A DNA stretch of 64,000 nt from Albugo candida (lineage: Eukaryota), in contig JBDOQK010000046.1 of the NCBI GenBank assembly GCA_040437565.1, positions 186,001 to 250,000 of the forward strand, read 5' to 3'. Positions 47,573-59,190 of the stretch are shown here, piece after piece (position 1 is the first letter of the stretch; each line of letters begins with the position of its first letter). Position numbers and translations under genes: made by a program. The notes beneath the pieces are model-generated. The model was not told the origin of the DNA and made no database searches. It was given only the letters and a program-made list of their open reading frames with translations.

Positions 47573-50499
47573 GGTCACTGCTTAATAAACACCTCCCTTT
47601 GCTATTTGTACACCCCATCCTGATTAATTGCCAATTGAAAGCCGGAAAACTTCCTCGCGTCGCGAAACTGTTCTGACGCGTAATTCCTCCTGTTACGAAT
47701 CTGTTCGAGAGCGTNNNNNNNNNNNNNNNNNNNNNNNNNNNNNNNNNNNNNNNNNNNNNNNNNNNNNNNNNNNNNNNNNNNNNNNNNNNNNNNNNNNNNN
47801 NNNNNNNNNNNNNNGGGGGGGGGGGGGGGGGACGTATAAGAGGAGCGGTCAAGGCCAGCGAAAAACATCTTCCATACGTACAGGTTGCCTATGGGAGGCA
47901 ACCATAGTGAGACTAGGACATCTGAAAAGTGCAGTGTGGCAACTGGATGTAGTTAACCTGCCCATCAAGGTCATAGTGCAACGGATAATCTACCCGCGTA
48001 CCCAGTTCACCGAATGTCAAGTGCAGAACAGCAGCAATCATTAGCTAACATGTCACGGGCAGGAGCAATACCAAGGGTAAGACTGACTAGTCTGCGACAA
48101 GCACACCAAGATTGTTTGGCAATTGGGAAGGACATGTATGATGTAAAACAAAAATTAGGTAGACCACAATTGTCAGCAATAACGAATATGTTGGACAATG
48201 AACACCCTGCTGACTATCTTTCACTTAGGTGCGTACCAATGCTTTGGACGGCCATCGCCCAATTGAAGCTCTTTTGAGCCTTTTGAATAAAGAGAATGTT
48301 CATCACAAGGAAAGATGTGACTACGCCGGAAGTTTACGTCGCTTGTCCATTGCAACTAAATCTAGTGAATATGTGGCAAAAGAATTCACATTTAGTTCAA
48401 TCTTTGTGATGGATTCTACTCACAAGACCAACAGGTAATGGTGCATTGTGCCGCGTTCAATCTTAAATCAGATGTTCTATTTAATATTTCTCAATTAGAT
48501 GTAAAATGCCGTTACTGCACATTGTTGGCGTTACTCCCACAAATCAGACGAATTTACTTGCCTTTTGCTTTCTATCGGAAGAGTGCGAAAATGATTATGC
48601 ATGGGCTTTAGTGGATTTCAGCATGTGTTTGAGTCAGTTCTCACTTCTGTAACTTTCTTTTCTTTTTATTTTAGTATCCAGTCAATTAGGTATTGATACT
48701 TTCTTCCGTTTGCACTGTTATAATTGATCGTGAACTCTCGTTGATGACAGCTGTGCGCCGCATTCTCCCCCACGCTGGATTAGATATATGCCTATGGCAT
48801 ATAAAAAAGAACATTCTGGCGAAGACAAAAGGTAATTTTAGTTCAAAAGAGGAATGCGATGAATTTTTTTTTGCAGAAGTGGACAAAGTTATGCTCAGAA
48901 AGAAACAAAAGATCATGCATCTGCTTAGAGAAAAATAGGAGAAAGCGTTCCTGTGACCGTCTCGCAATATGTGCAATCTACTTGGCTACCACACCGGGAA
49001 CGTTTTGTTGTGACGTGGACAAGAAGCAACGTCCATTCTGGTCACAATGCCACATCCAGGCTTGAAGGAAGTCACAGCTACTTCGAACAATGGATCGCTG
49101 TATCCACCTCCGAGATTCATGAAGTTTACAGGAAAATGGTTTTATCTGCGGAGGCGCAGTGCAGAAAAATTAGCAGATGCATTGCCTTAGAAAGTATGCA
49201 AACCCCATACGATTGCGCATCACCATTTTGGGCAAACGTTTTGCGGAAGGTGTCCAAGTACTCCTTAAGAAAGTAGGTTACCATTCCTTTTGCTTTTGAG
49301 GATGCTATGACTACTGATGGACTTAAACTTGTTTGCTGGTCTGTTTCGTTTAGGTCCACCAGCAGTATGAGATCTCAATTTTTCCGGAAGATTTATCACC
49401 TCGAATCAGAACTTTTAGAGAAACAATGGGTCTTCCTTGCAAGCATGATTTACGCAAAGTTTTACGGACCAATTCCCTTTTAAAAATGTCTCACTTTAAC
49501 AAACACTGGTGGTTGCAGCGGCCTCGTCCAGTGGAATACAGCAAGAGGTATATGATTTTCTGAGGTGATCAGACGGTTGAAAAGGCTCCACCAGGCGATG
49601 AGTCCACACCAGCAGATCCTTTTGACTGCTGTCCTTGGTTCACTGGACAATCCCAAAACTTGTCTGGTCCAAGAACCAGCTATTCTACGTACTCGTGGAC
49701 GCCCGATAGGATCTAGATCTTCCACTAGGCGAGATCCATCTTTTGTTTAGCATGCTGAAAGTCAACCTTAACCCCAGCAGAAATGTAGCCAGTGCAAGAG
49801 AGTAGGGCATGATAGACGGACATGTCCCCAATCCTTGTCTTGTGCGTCTTTGGTATAGTTGATTCATGCATGTCCTATGTTGCGAATAAATAAAAAAAAG
49901 TTCTATAAAGAACGGGGTGCTTCCAGTTTTAAACGCTGGTGCTGTTACAACAGACACGACACAAGGGAAGCGAGCTAGAATACGGTCTGTAGTTTCCAAA
50001 TGAAACGTGATGTATCGATTTTTACTTTTTCTTCAGCTAGCTACGAGAATCCTCGCTACTGCCGGAGGTCGTTAGTTCGAATTCCGGCAGTGTGGGCAGC
50101 GTTTTGAGCCCACCCAAGCAATGAGCTTGGAAAATATCTGCCACCCTAGATTTGAAGTCAGACTTAAGTGATATTCACACGGTCAGGGGATCATGATAGA
50201 ATAGGGAAGGTAGCTAAAGAACCAGATAGTCAGTGTAATGAAATCCTTGACAGAGTAAGAAAAATACAACAATGTTATGTAGTCGACGCATTTTCACATG
50301 GCCTCGACATCATTTCTTCAACATGTTCCACTTTCAATATCAGTGGCGTAGCGCGTAGTTGAAAACAGAGGTGAAACAGTTATTTACACGTTCGAACAGT
50401 TCCGCGACGCAAGGAAGTTTTCCAGGCTTTTAATTGGCTATTAATGATGGGGTGTACAAATAGCAAAGGTGGGGGGGGGATGTACATATAACAGCGGCC
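47573..50499 (+). mobile_element. Decayed intron-containing MULE ('family D') with TIRs
   Basis: TIR 47573-47690 (CCTTTGCTATTTGTACACCCCATC...) is inverted at 50380-50499. Transposase fragments: VMDSTHKTNR|CKMPLLHIVG, IIDRELSLM, CLWHIKKN, TSRLEGSH, LPCKH, CSQCKRVGHDRRTC. This may be two elements joined across the gap at 47715-47814. Confidence 0.75.
50040..50260 (+). mobile_element. tRNA-derived SINE-like element (copy 2, 5'-degraded) inside the MULE subterminal region
   Basis: B box GTTCGAATT at 50075. The body aligns with 45150-45355 (AAGCAAT.AGCTTG.AAAATATCTGCC...TTTGAAGTCAGACTTA...AATGAAATCCTTGACA). Confidence 0.7.
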
Positions 50500-50508
50500 T
50501 TAAATTAT

Positions 50509-51303
50509 GAGAATTGCTATTTACACCCACCACGTGACTTTGTAACCAATAAGATTACGCGTTATTTCCAATCAACTTTAAGCAATCAGATTACGGCGGT
50601 ATTCCCACCCCACTGTTTCAAGATATGGCTACAGTGTCACAGTCCTGCATGCCGATCGAAGGTATCTGAACTCATAGTTGCGCACCTTTTTATGATCCCA
50701 ATGATAAATCAACCATCTTTCTCATGCTTTTCCTTGTACCGCGCCGTTAGCAGACAGTAAAGTACGCATTTACGGATTGCCATCATCTGTCGTCTGAATA
50801 CTACATCTTGCGAGAAAGTTTTTGGAAGTTAAAAGTACGTTTAGTCTGAGAATTGGAATAATTACGACAGCGATCTTTGCCCGTAATTTATTCTAACAGG
50901 AGCAAAAAAAAAATCTGTAATACAATTGTAACTTGTTTAAGCTGGTGTTCAAGCGCACAGAAGCCCTACGATTATACTGTTATGGCATGAGCTATCGTTT
51001 CTAGATGTTGCACGTACCTGTTTTCAGTGGATCAAGCATCTTTATACCGCTATACCGGTTGTATGCAGCACGTTTGCGGTAGCTTTTTACAAGCAGAATT
51101 CTTTGAACTGAAAAGGGTACTATAAATTATCCATTACGGATGCGACACGGATAGCTGATTTTCAATACTCTCCGAGTAACGCCCTTCATGGCAGCTAATA
51201 TACATTCACGGTTGGTCTACCAGTCAGCACTTTTGAAAGAAGTACCGCCACTATGAAAAGGTGGGTGGAAATAGTAAAAAAGTGGGTGGAAATATCACTT
51301 CCC
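50509..51303. mobile_element. Non-autonomous TIR DNA element (795 bp) with 8-bp TSD
   Basis: Ends GAGAATTGCTATTTACACCCACC and GTGGGTGGAAATATCACTTCCC are imperfect inverted repeats. Exact TSD TAAATTAT at 50501-08 and 51304-11. Confidence 0.7.
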
Positions 51304-51486
51304 TAAATTATTACTCTGGCAACTTTTTCTTTTTTGAAAACAACATAAAATATTTTTACATTGCTAACTGTTGGCAGGTGAGCGAAGATGCGGTGTCCAG
51401 GAAATTGCCAAAACTTGGGTTTTATTTTTTCGAAAAATAAAATCTTAATTAATCGTTTGAACTAAGTTCCAAGTGCGACTAGAAAC

Positions 51487-53760
51487 CTAAAACACATTGT
51501 TAAGCTCTTTCCATACTCCTTCCTTTCCGGTTGCACTTGAAGTTGTGTCATCTTCAACTTGCATTGTTCGATCCCTAAATTGCCATAACTCCCTTAGCTG
51601 AAGAAATCGTGGCGTCGAAAATGCCTTCGTCTTCAAGTCGGCCATCATCTTCGACGTATGTACGTACCTTGGTGCGATAATTTTTCTGACCATGTTAGCT
51701 CTGACAAATTTTAATCGGACGCCGATATGTTTTGCCTTGATTGAAGTAGCTTCGTTGAGAAATTGATTGATAGCCTCCTGGTTATCCATACACGATATCA
51801 TTGACTCCTTCACTTTGACTTTCAACTCGCTGAATAATTCCTTTGCTCCAAGTAATTCCTGCGATGCCTTCGATGCTGCTACAAACTCTGCTTCCATCGT
51901 CGATGATGCTACTGAGTGCTGCTTCTTGCATGACCAGCTGATAGTCATTCCATGCAAAGGGAATGCTGTACCAGATATGCTCTTTCTCGTTTCATCATCT
52001 GCTGCGTAATCAGCATCCGAAAAGGCTTCCAGAGTGACTTCTCTGGCATTCGTGCATACTTCACCACTCTGACAATTAACGACCAATCGGCTGTTGTTGG
52101 TGCATAAGTACGTCTCGTCAGCTTATGCACAGTGAAATTATAATCTGGACGCGTGCAGCGTGCAATTCACAAAAGGCTGCCCGCCAAAGACTGGAACTTC
52201 TTGATAGTTGGCTTTTTGATTGAACGCATCCCCAGGCAGTCCGAGTTTGATATTGTACTATCACTGTAGTTCTGATCGATAGGCGTGAGAACCGGATGCG
52301 CTTCATCCATTCCCATTTTCATTATTACTTCGCATATAGACGATTCCTTATCCAAATAGTATCCATCTTCATCGCTGTAGCGAACTCGCATGACCAAAAA
52401 CTTGCTGACGAGTCCGAGATTCTTGATTGAAAGACTTGAAAGACTATCAAATGTAGACTCAATTCTCGAAAAAGCTTTCCCCGTTATCAGTGTATCGTCG
52501 ACATATACTCCCAAAACCGTAATTCCTTTTGTGCCTTGGTCGTAATATAAACATGAGTCTGTTAGATTTTTTTTGAAACCTGCATCGCTAAGCTTCTCAT
52601 GCAATAGGTGACTCCGTAGACGTCCTGCATATTTCAACCCATATATGCTCTTCTGTAAGCGTAGTACCACTTGATCACGACTCGTAACACCCAGTTCGTC
52701 CAGCTTGGATGTCGATATTTCCATTCCTTGAGGCACGAGCAAATACAGGTCCAAGTTCTTTTCCGTTAAGGTCTTCACGTACGCCTTAGGTACGTCACCA
52801 TGCCTTGCTGGCATTCCTCAGATCCTTTCTAAAGGTAGTGTGATCTTTGCTGTTCCNNNNNNNNNNNNNNNNNNNNNNNNNNNNNNNNNNNNNNNNNNNN
52901 NNNNNNNNNNNNNNNNNNNNNNNNNNNNNNNNNNNNNNNNNNNNNNNNNNNNNNNNTCCCATTCGATGCTTGGTTTTCGGCCTCACTGATTTGTCTTCGC
53001 ACTCCCTCTTCTTTGCAAAAAAATGTCCCCATTTCTGTACTCAGCGCCGCCATCTGTTCGTAGAACATGAATCTTGCAATCAAATCGTTTTTCGAAGTAA
53101 GTCAAGAAGTCTTGAAACTTCATTGTTGCTTCATTCTTAGTCTTGGCCAAGAAAACCCGACAACACTTCGACTTGTAGTCGATAAAATTGACCAAATTTC
53201 GGATCCACGTCGGTCTTGAGGCGTGATCGGACCCTTCAAATCCACTGCATATTACTCCACCGATTCTTTCCGTTGGTGAGTTTATACCGGTATCTTTCCG
53301 AGTGTCTGTTCTTTGTTTGCTTGCTTTATGCGCAAGTAAGGCATTTCAGTCGCCGATGGTCATCAATCTCGATCCCTGATTCCGGAAGCTTCGCTATACG
53401 CTCAATAGTATCGTAGTTTAGATGACCAAATCGTTGATGGAAGTGTAGAAGACTTACCGTCTGCTTGTTTGCGTCATCCACGGACTCAATTGAAGAGAGT
53501 ATATCCATAACACTGGATACGCGTTCCCGGCCTTCTGTTTCGATAACGAGAACGTTTTGACCATATTCACTTCGAAGACGATCGCACTATCAGCAGTACG
53601 TCGGACTACTCTCGATCCATCTTCTCGATGCGCCAATTTGCATCCTTTAGCTTCCAACTTTCCATACCAGAAAATATTCCAAGGGAGGTGTTCCGAATGT
53701 TGCACTTCGTTCAATAGAACATTCCTCGGTAATCCGTTGACTGTTGCGCTAAAATATATA
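51487..53760 (-). mobile_element. Decayed Ty1/copia pol (pre-integrase, integrase, RT, RNase H)
   Basis: HQRFGHLNY...CLTCA; LRTDGGAEY; HGDVPKAYV, LQKSIYGLK, GVYVDD; FSDADYA, SSTMEAEF, KHIGVRLKF, ADLKTKA. Purine tract at about 51515-51528. Confidence 0.9.
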
Positions 53761-53779
53761 AACGCGATGTAAAATGGAG

Positions 53780-55620
53780 ATTGCTTGTGAAAAATGGTCA
53801 ACATAACCATAAGCAATGAAAAGATATGGCTGGGCATCCAATGGCACGAAGGCTTAATATTGATGCAAAAACTACAATTAAAAGGTGCCTTTAATCTGGA
53901 GCTAAGCCTGGCGGGGCGAGAAAAGCTCTTGAAATGCACGATTCATTAAATAGAGCTAGCATGAGGGACATCTACAATGAAAAGGTTAAGTCACGAATCA
54001 GGCTTAGAAATTTGTGTACTTGAAAGTGTTAAAATTTGATTTTATTCTAATCCTTTCACTTTCCAGGCTAAGATGCAAAATCAGTCCCTCAATGACGGAA
54101 CACAAATCGCAGCACTACTTGAGGAGCTCAAGGAAGACCATTACAGCTATCCAACCCAATGCGGCAACGAAAACAATCGGACGCACCTTTTTTGCCAATC
54201 TTATGTCTATCAAATTGAGACAACGCTTTACTTTTGTTTTCTTCTTGGAGTGCACATACAAGACAAACAAATGTAAAATACCCCTGCTCCATGCTGTTGG
54301 GTTTACTTGCCTTAATTCAACATTCTCATCATCCTCTAAATTCCTACCGAAGGAGCATCAGGAGGACTTCATCTGGTCGCTCAACCAGATCAAAAGTATC
54401 TATAATAGGATTTCCTCTCCGAAGCTCATAATCACAGATCGCGGGCTTGCGCTAGTAAGAGCTGTATAGGAAGTACTCCCAACAAGCAAGCATCTCTTTT
54501 GTCGTTGGCATATTGAAAAAATGTGCCGGCAAACTGTAAGAGTGGATTCGGAACTTCAAAAGAATTTGATGATTTATCAGAGATTGATCACATGTATGTA
54601 ATTTTATCAGTATCTGATTACAAGAACCATTCTTATAGTTGCAGAACAGCAGAAATTCTGGAACTCTTACTAGCTCATGGGAAAAGATGAAAATAAAGTA
54701 TGACACAAAGCCAGATTTATTGTTGTACTTGAAAAAGACATGGCTTGTGCACAAGAAAACGATTTGTGGCAGCATGGACATGGTTTTATCCCCACTTCGG
54801 GAATATTATACATCACGAGTCGAAGGAGCAAATGCCGCAATCAAAAGATGTTTTGAGGTCTCAACAATGGATCTAGGCGATGTAAGAGCCAAGCTAACTC
54901 ATTTCTACAGCAGCAAGAGAGGGAATTTTGGATAGCAGTTGCAGCAGCAGAAACTCGAGTTTGCCATGATCTGAATGACAAGATATATAATGGTGTAGTG
55001 CGTAAGGTGTCTCCCTTTTCTTAAGGAGGATCTAATCTGCCTGGCAACATGGAAGGAACTTGCATGTATGATTTTGTAGCATTTTATGGTCTAACCTGCA
55101 GGCACTTACTTTCCAAAAACTATCGATACCAAGGATTGAACTCCAGTGAACAAAAGAAAATGAAGGCTCAACTTATGCAGATGGCAACCCAGAGATCAAA
55201 AGCACCAAATTCCCCCATACAATAGTTCAGCAGCGAGGAAGACTAGCAGGATCATAGCAGCTTTTCTAGATTGACACTTTCATAAAACGGGACCTGTCAG
55301 CATTTGAGCATCAGAAACACGGAAAATATAGTTGCAGCGATTTCGGAAAAAATCCACCATAACAAGCGGTCTTGCACAGTTCCAGTTTCGAACTCAGATC
55401 CAGGACAAGCTTTAGCGAAAAACTAGATATTTTTCCCTCACAGAACGTTTTCAGAATACATTTTGTCTCCAGCGTTGGTGTAAAATACCAAATATCTCGA
55501 CTGAAGTTGTGGGAGCAACATTTTAGGGTGTGTTTGGATGTTATTGGTTTAGAAATGTAAAAAAAGCTGTGGGGGTAATAGTAGGGTGATGTGATTTAAA
55601 TTTAAATTAAAAATTTAAGG
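53780..55620 (+). mobile_element. Decayed MULE family-B copy 2; a matching left-end fragment at 51304-51360 is separated from it by the copia insertion
   Basis: LECTYKTNKCKIPLLHAVG, IITDRGLAL, TSRVEGANAAIKR; colinear with 33450-35200. Confidence 0.8.
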
Positions 55621-55657
55621 GTACTGACATCCCGACAACTTTATTTTAATCACTTTT

Positions 55658-56641
55658 GGGAATCGTTATTCTGCACTCACCTTTTCTGTAATCAGCGCTA
55701 AGCCTCCATAAATTAATAGCTTAGTGTCCTCCGATTGGGTAAAATAAGTATAACAGAATAAAAAAATTAAAATTACGGGAATCGTTATTCAGCCCCCACC
55801 CTCCATAAATTATTGACAATTGTAGCCTCTAATTGGTCTGAATAGATGCAACGGAAAAAAATATATATATATCACACTGTTGTCTCCTGCAACTTCAATT
55901 TACCTGTAAGCCGACGACAGCTACAATGAGCTATCCTTGCGACCATGCTTTTCGTCACCAAGTAATACCGCTGTCTGCTAATGACTTTGATCAGCAATTA
56001 TGGTTGATGCAGCCAATGCCAGTTCATATTGAGGCTAAGACCATGCCAATTAGAATTGAGATAGCATTGAAGAGGATAAATGATGAATATGGGAGTGCTT
56101 CCAATCATCGTAAGCGTGCGCTGCTAGACTATATCGTGGCAGTCCCAAAGACAGTAATTCGCGATCCTGTGCACGTGCGCACGCGAGGTAAGCCATCGAT
56201 CTCAACGCAGCGAGTGAGCTCGAAGTTTGAGCATCTTAGCGCTGCTTTGGCTGCTCCTGTGCATCGCCGGAGATGTCGAAAATGCCAAAAGACAGGTCAC
56301 AATGCTAGAACCTGACGTAAAGAAGCAACAGCAGCACCAACAGTACCAGCGACAATGTAGCTGTGGATTTAGATAGAGACTTAGATTAAGTTGTACAAAA
56401 TATACAGAAACCGAAGTTTTTTTTAGATTTTATTGTTTTCATTTCGTTGCATTTATTCAGATCAAATAGAGGCCACGATTTTCAAAAATTTATGAAGGGT
56501 GGGGGCTGATTAACGATTCCCGTAATTTAATTTTTTTTATTCTCTTATATTTGTTTAAACCAATCGAAGGCCACAATTGCCATAAATTTGTGGAGGCTAA
56601 GTGCTGATTACAGAAAAGGTGAGTGCTGAATAACGATAACC
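55658..56641 (+). mobile_element. Internally deleted MULE (~980 bp) with ~200-bp double-headed TIRs
   Basis: Bases 55658-55855 are inverted at 56443-56641, and each TIR contains two GGAATCGTTATTC-type heads. The interior keeps only the transposase C-terminus (YPCDH...CRKCQKTGHNART). Same family as 1-688. Confidence 0.85.
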
Positions 56642-59190
56642 TTATTGTAAATTACACCATGCCGACTTAAATCATTATTCCCACAACTTCTTTGTAACAA
56701 TAAATAATGGGTATGGTGCAACTCCCCTATAATCAACAGTTTTTTGACCAAAGTTCAAAGTCTATCAGACACCTGATTGGAAACCTTAGTTTTAATTTTT
56801 CTTGCACCAAACGATAGCTTTTAGAGTGATCAACTTTTCGTGGCATTCAGATTGTGCATATCTTTTTTTAAGGTGCTGATACGCCTGAAGTTTGACCTTT
56901 TTGCATGTCTTCCTAAGATCGGCAGTATTTGGGTTACCCCGTGTGAAATATCGTACGCTGTGCGATTTAATTTTCCGCGGCTGCAATGAATAGAAAACAA
57001 GGCAGGCAAGGTATTCAAACAAAATAGGAATGTAGATGTACGGTTTTTGGCCTAGGATGAGAGGAAATAGGGCATGGGAGGTAAAGAAACAAACGAGGAA
57101 TAGCGATGTACATGTGGCAGTGTCATAAGGAAATCCAAAAAAATGCTCCAACACAGAGACCTGGCAACACATCGATATGCCTGCAGAAAGAAATCGTTGA
57201 CGCATAAATGTCGGTGCGGATTCATCTTCCGTCTGTCCTGTCCCGCTCATCCTTCTCCGCCTCAACGCCATCCTTGCCTTTTCCATACATTTCCATGTAT
57301 CGCAAGCATATTCGACGCGTTTCCGAATCTCCTACATGCTCAATCCATCGAGGATACCAGGGAGCCTCTTACCAAGCGAAGTGAAATCATAATTACATCG
57401 GTTCCGCTGCCCTTTTGGTGACCCCCCAGCACCTCTCGATGAAGTTGCACTCACAGTGGAATTCGGCGTAATATTCAATAATTTGTCCTGCCTGCTTTAC
57501 CTCCATCTCCAGGGTTGACTTCTGCTCAGCAAAATCAGGCTGGTCCATCAAGGCATGCCTCCAGCATCAGTTATTTGCTGGAGTCAATGCCTCAGGATGA
57601 CAATCCAGATTCTAATTTACGTTGGGAGGAGGCCCAATCCCTCATTCCTTCAGCATCTGTCAAATACCAGCGGCAGTGGTGAGATCGCATCAGTGAGATC
57701 TTGAAAGAACAGAGATGAAAGCTTACCATCTCGATGCCCTTCAAGTAATTCTCTCCACTGTAGGTAGACCACATGGATTGCCAGATTTTTTGGTAATCGA
57801 TGAAGCATCATTCAACTGTGTACTGGTATGTTTTCTCCTTCTTGGGCTTGGGAGTCATGCTGCTAGGCACCAGAGCGTTGAGAGCAACCGCGTTATGGTT
57901 GGAGGATTGGTGGAACTAAAAATCAATTTTCAGTTCCAGCTAGTGATGTGAAGCAACAAATCTGAAAAAACCCACCAATACATCCTGGATGAAGATATTT
58001 GAAAATGAAGGTGGCCTTCTCGTTGACCTGCTTCACCATGTCTTCACTTTTCCGCTAGCCATCTCTGTTCTTGTCTGCCTTGATGATCTCTCTGGCTGAT
58101 GGTGAAGTTAGCCCATTCTCTCTCACTTGATGATCAGCGACTTTCTGCGCCCATGGCATGGGCGCAGAAAGTCGCTGATCATAATTGACCCTCCTGGTCC
58201 TTTCTTCCTTATCCAACCATCGCCTTTCAGAAATCCTCTCTTTCATCGTTGGTGTAGAAGGTAGACTCATCATGCGTCACATGCACATACTTGTTGTCCA
58301 ACACTATCACCTTGTTCTCCACCAATACATCCATCTCCACTCCAGTCTACTCATCCATCTTCTTTTTGTTCTCAATTCTGTGACCAGCACTCTCAATACT
58401 TCGCCAAATTCTCCCTCTCATGACCGTTCATTTACAGCTGCTTTCCCATTTTCTTTTTTTTAATCCCCAGATCTTCAGGCACTTGGCCACTTTCAAGTGG
58501 CTGATCTTCTGCTCCTTCTCTCCCAGGGCCTCTGGAAAATGCTGTCTTGAAGGACCATCAGGAGCTTTTTTGGGGAACTTTCGTTGCGCCTTCTACCCCT
58601 CAATCATAACAGACACTCGCTCTTGATATTTCAAGGTCTGCCAGGATATCTCTCCTTTCTGAATGTCGTCCTTTCTGGTTTGCTGGAAGGGCTTTGCTGA
58701 GCAAGGACCGATCTGCCCAAAGCCCAATATTCCTGCAGGAACAGTCTCACGTCTATAAAGCGGTACTTCCAGATACTGGAGGATGGTCATAAGTCTTAAA
58801 ACAAGATAAAGTGAAAAATTTCTCCCGGCTGCTTTTCTGGTTCTGTATGCCTTTCAGCCTTTCCTTTCAACCGTTGATGGCCTCTTTCATCCTGTCTTCT
58901 TCTTGTCCCTCTTCTGCCTGCTGATCACTACTCTCATCCTCTAATGCAATGAACAGCTCTTTTCTGTTAGATTCTGATGGCCGCTTACCTGCTAGTAGAT
59001 GTCCAGCCTCTGCAGGTTGTTCTCCTTAACATACTTCTCTCTCCTCCACTTGATAGTCCTTGAGTTCTCTGGTAAGGTATGTAAAGAGCTAGAGGGGAAA
59101 GAATGTGTTTGACAAAAGAAGCCAGCTCACTCCTATAGGTAGAAGACCTCTTCTTCTTCCCCTCCTTTTCCTTATACAGCTGAGCCTGTG

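Noticed and set aside
47815-47831. Poly-G run as a G-quadruplex regulatory site
   Set aside because: It abuts a gap and matches the G-run in the family-D MULE TIR (50471-50479).
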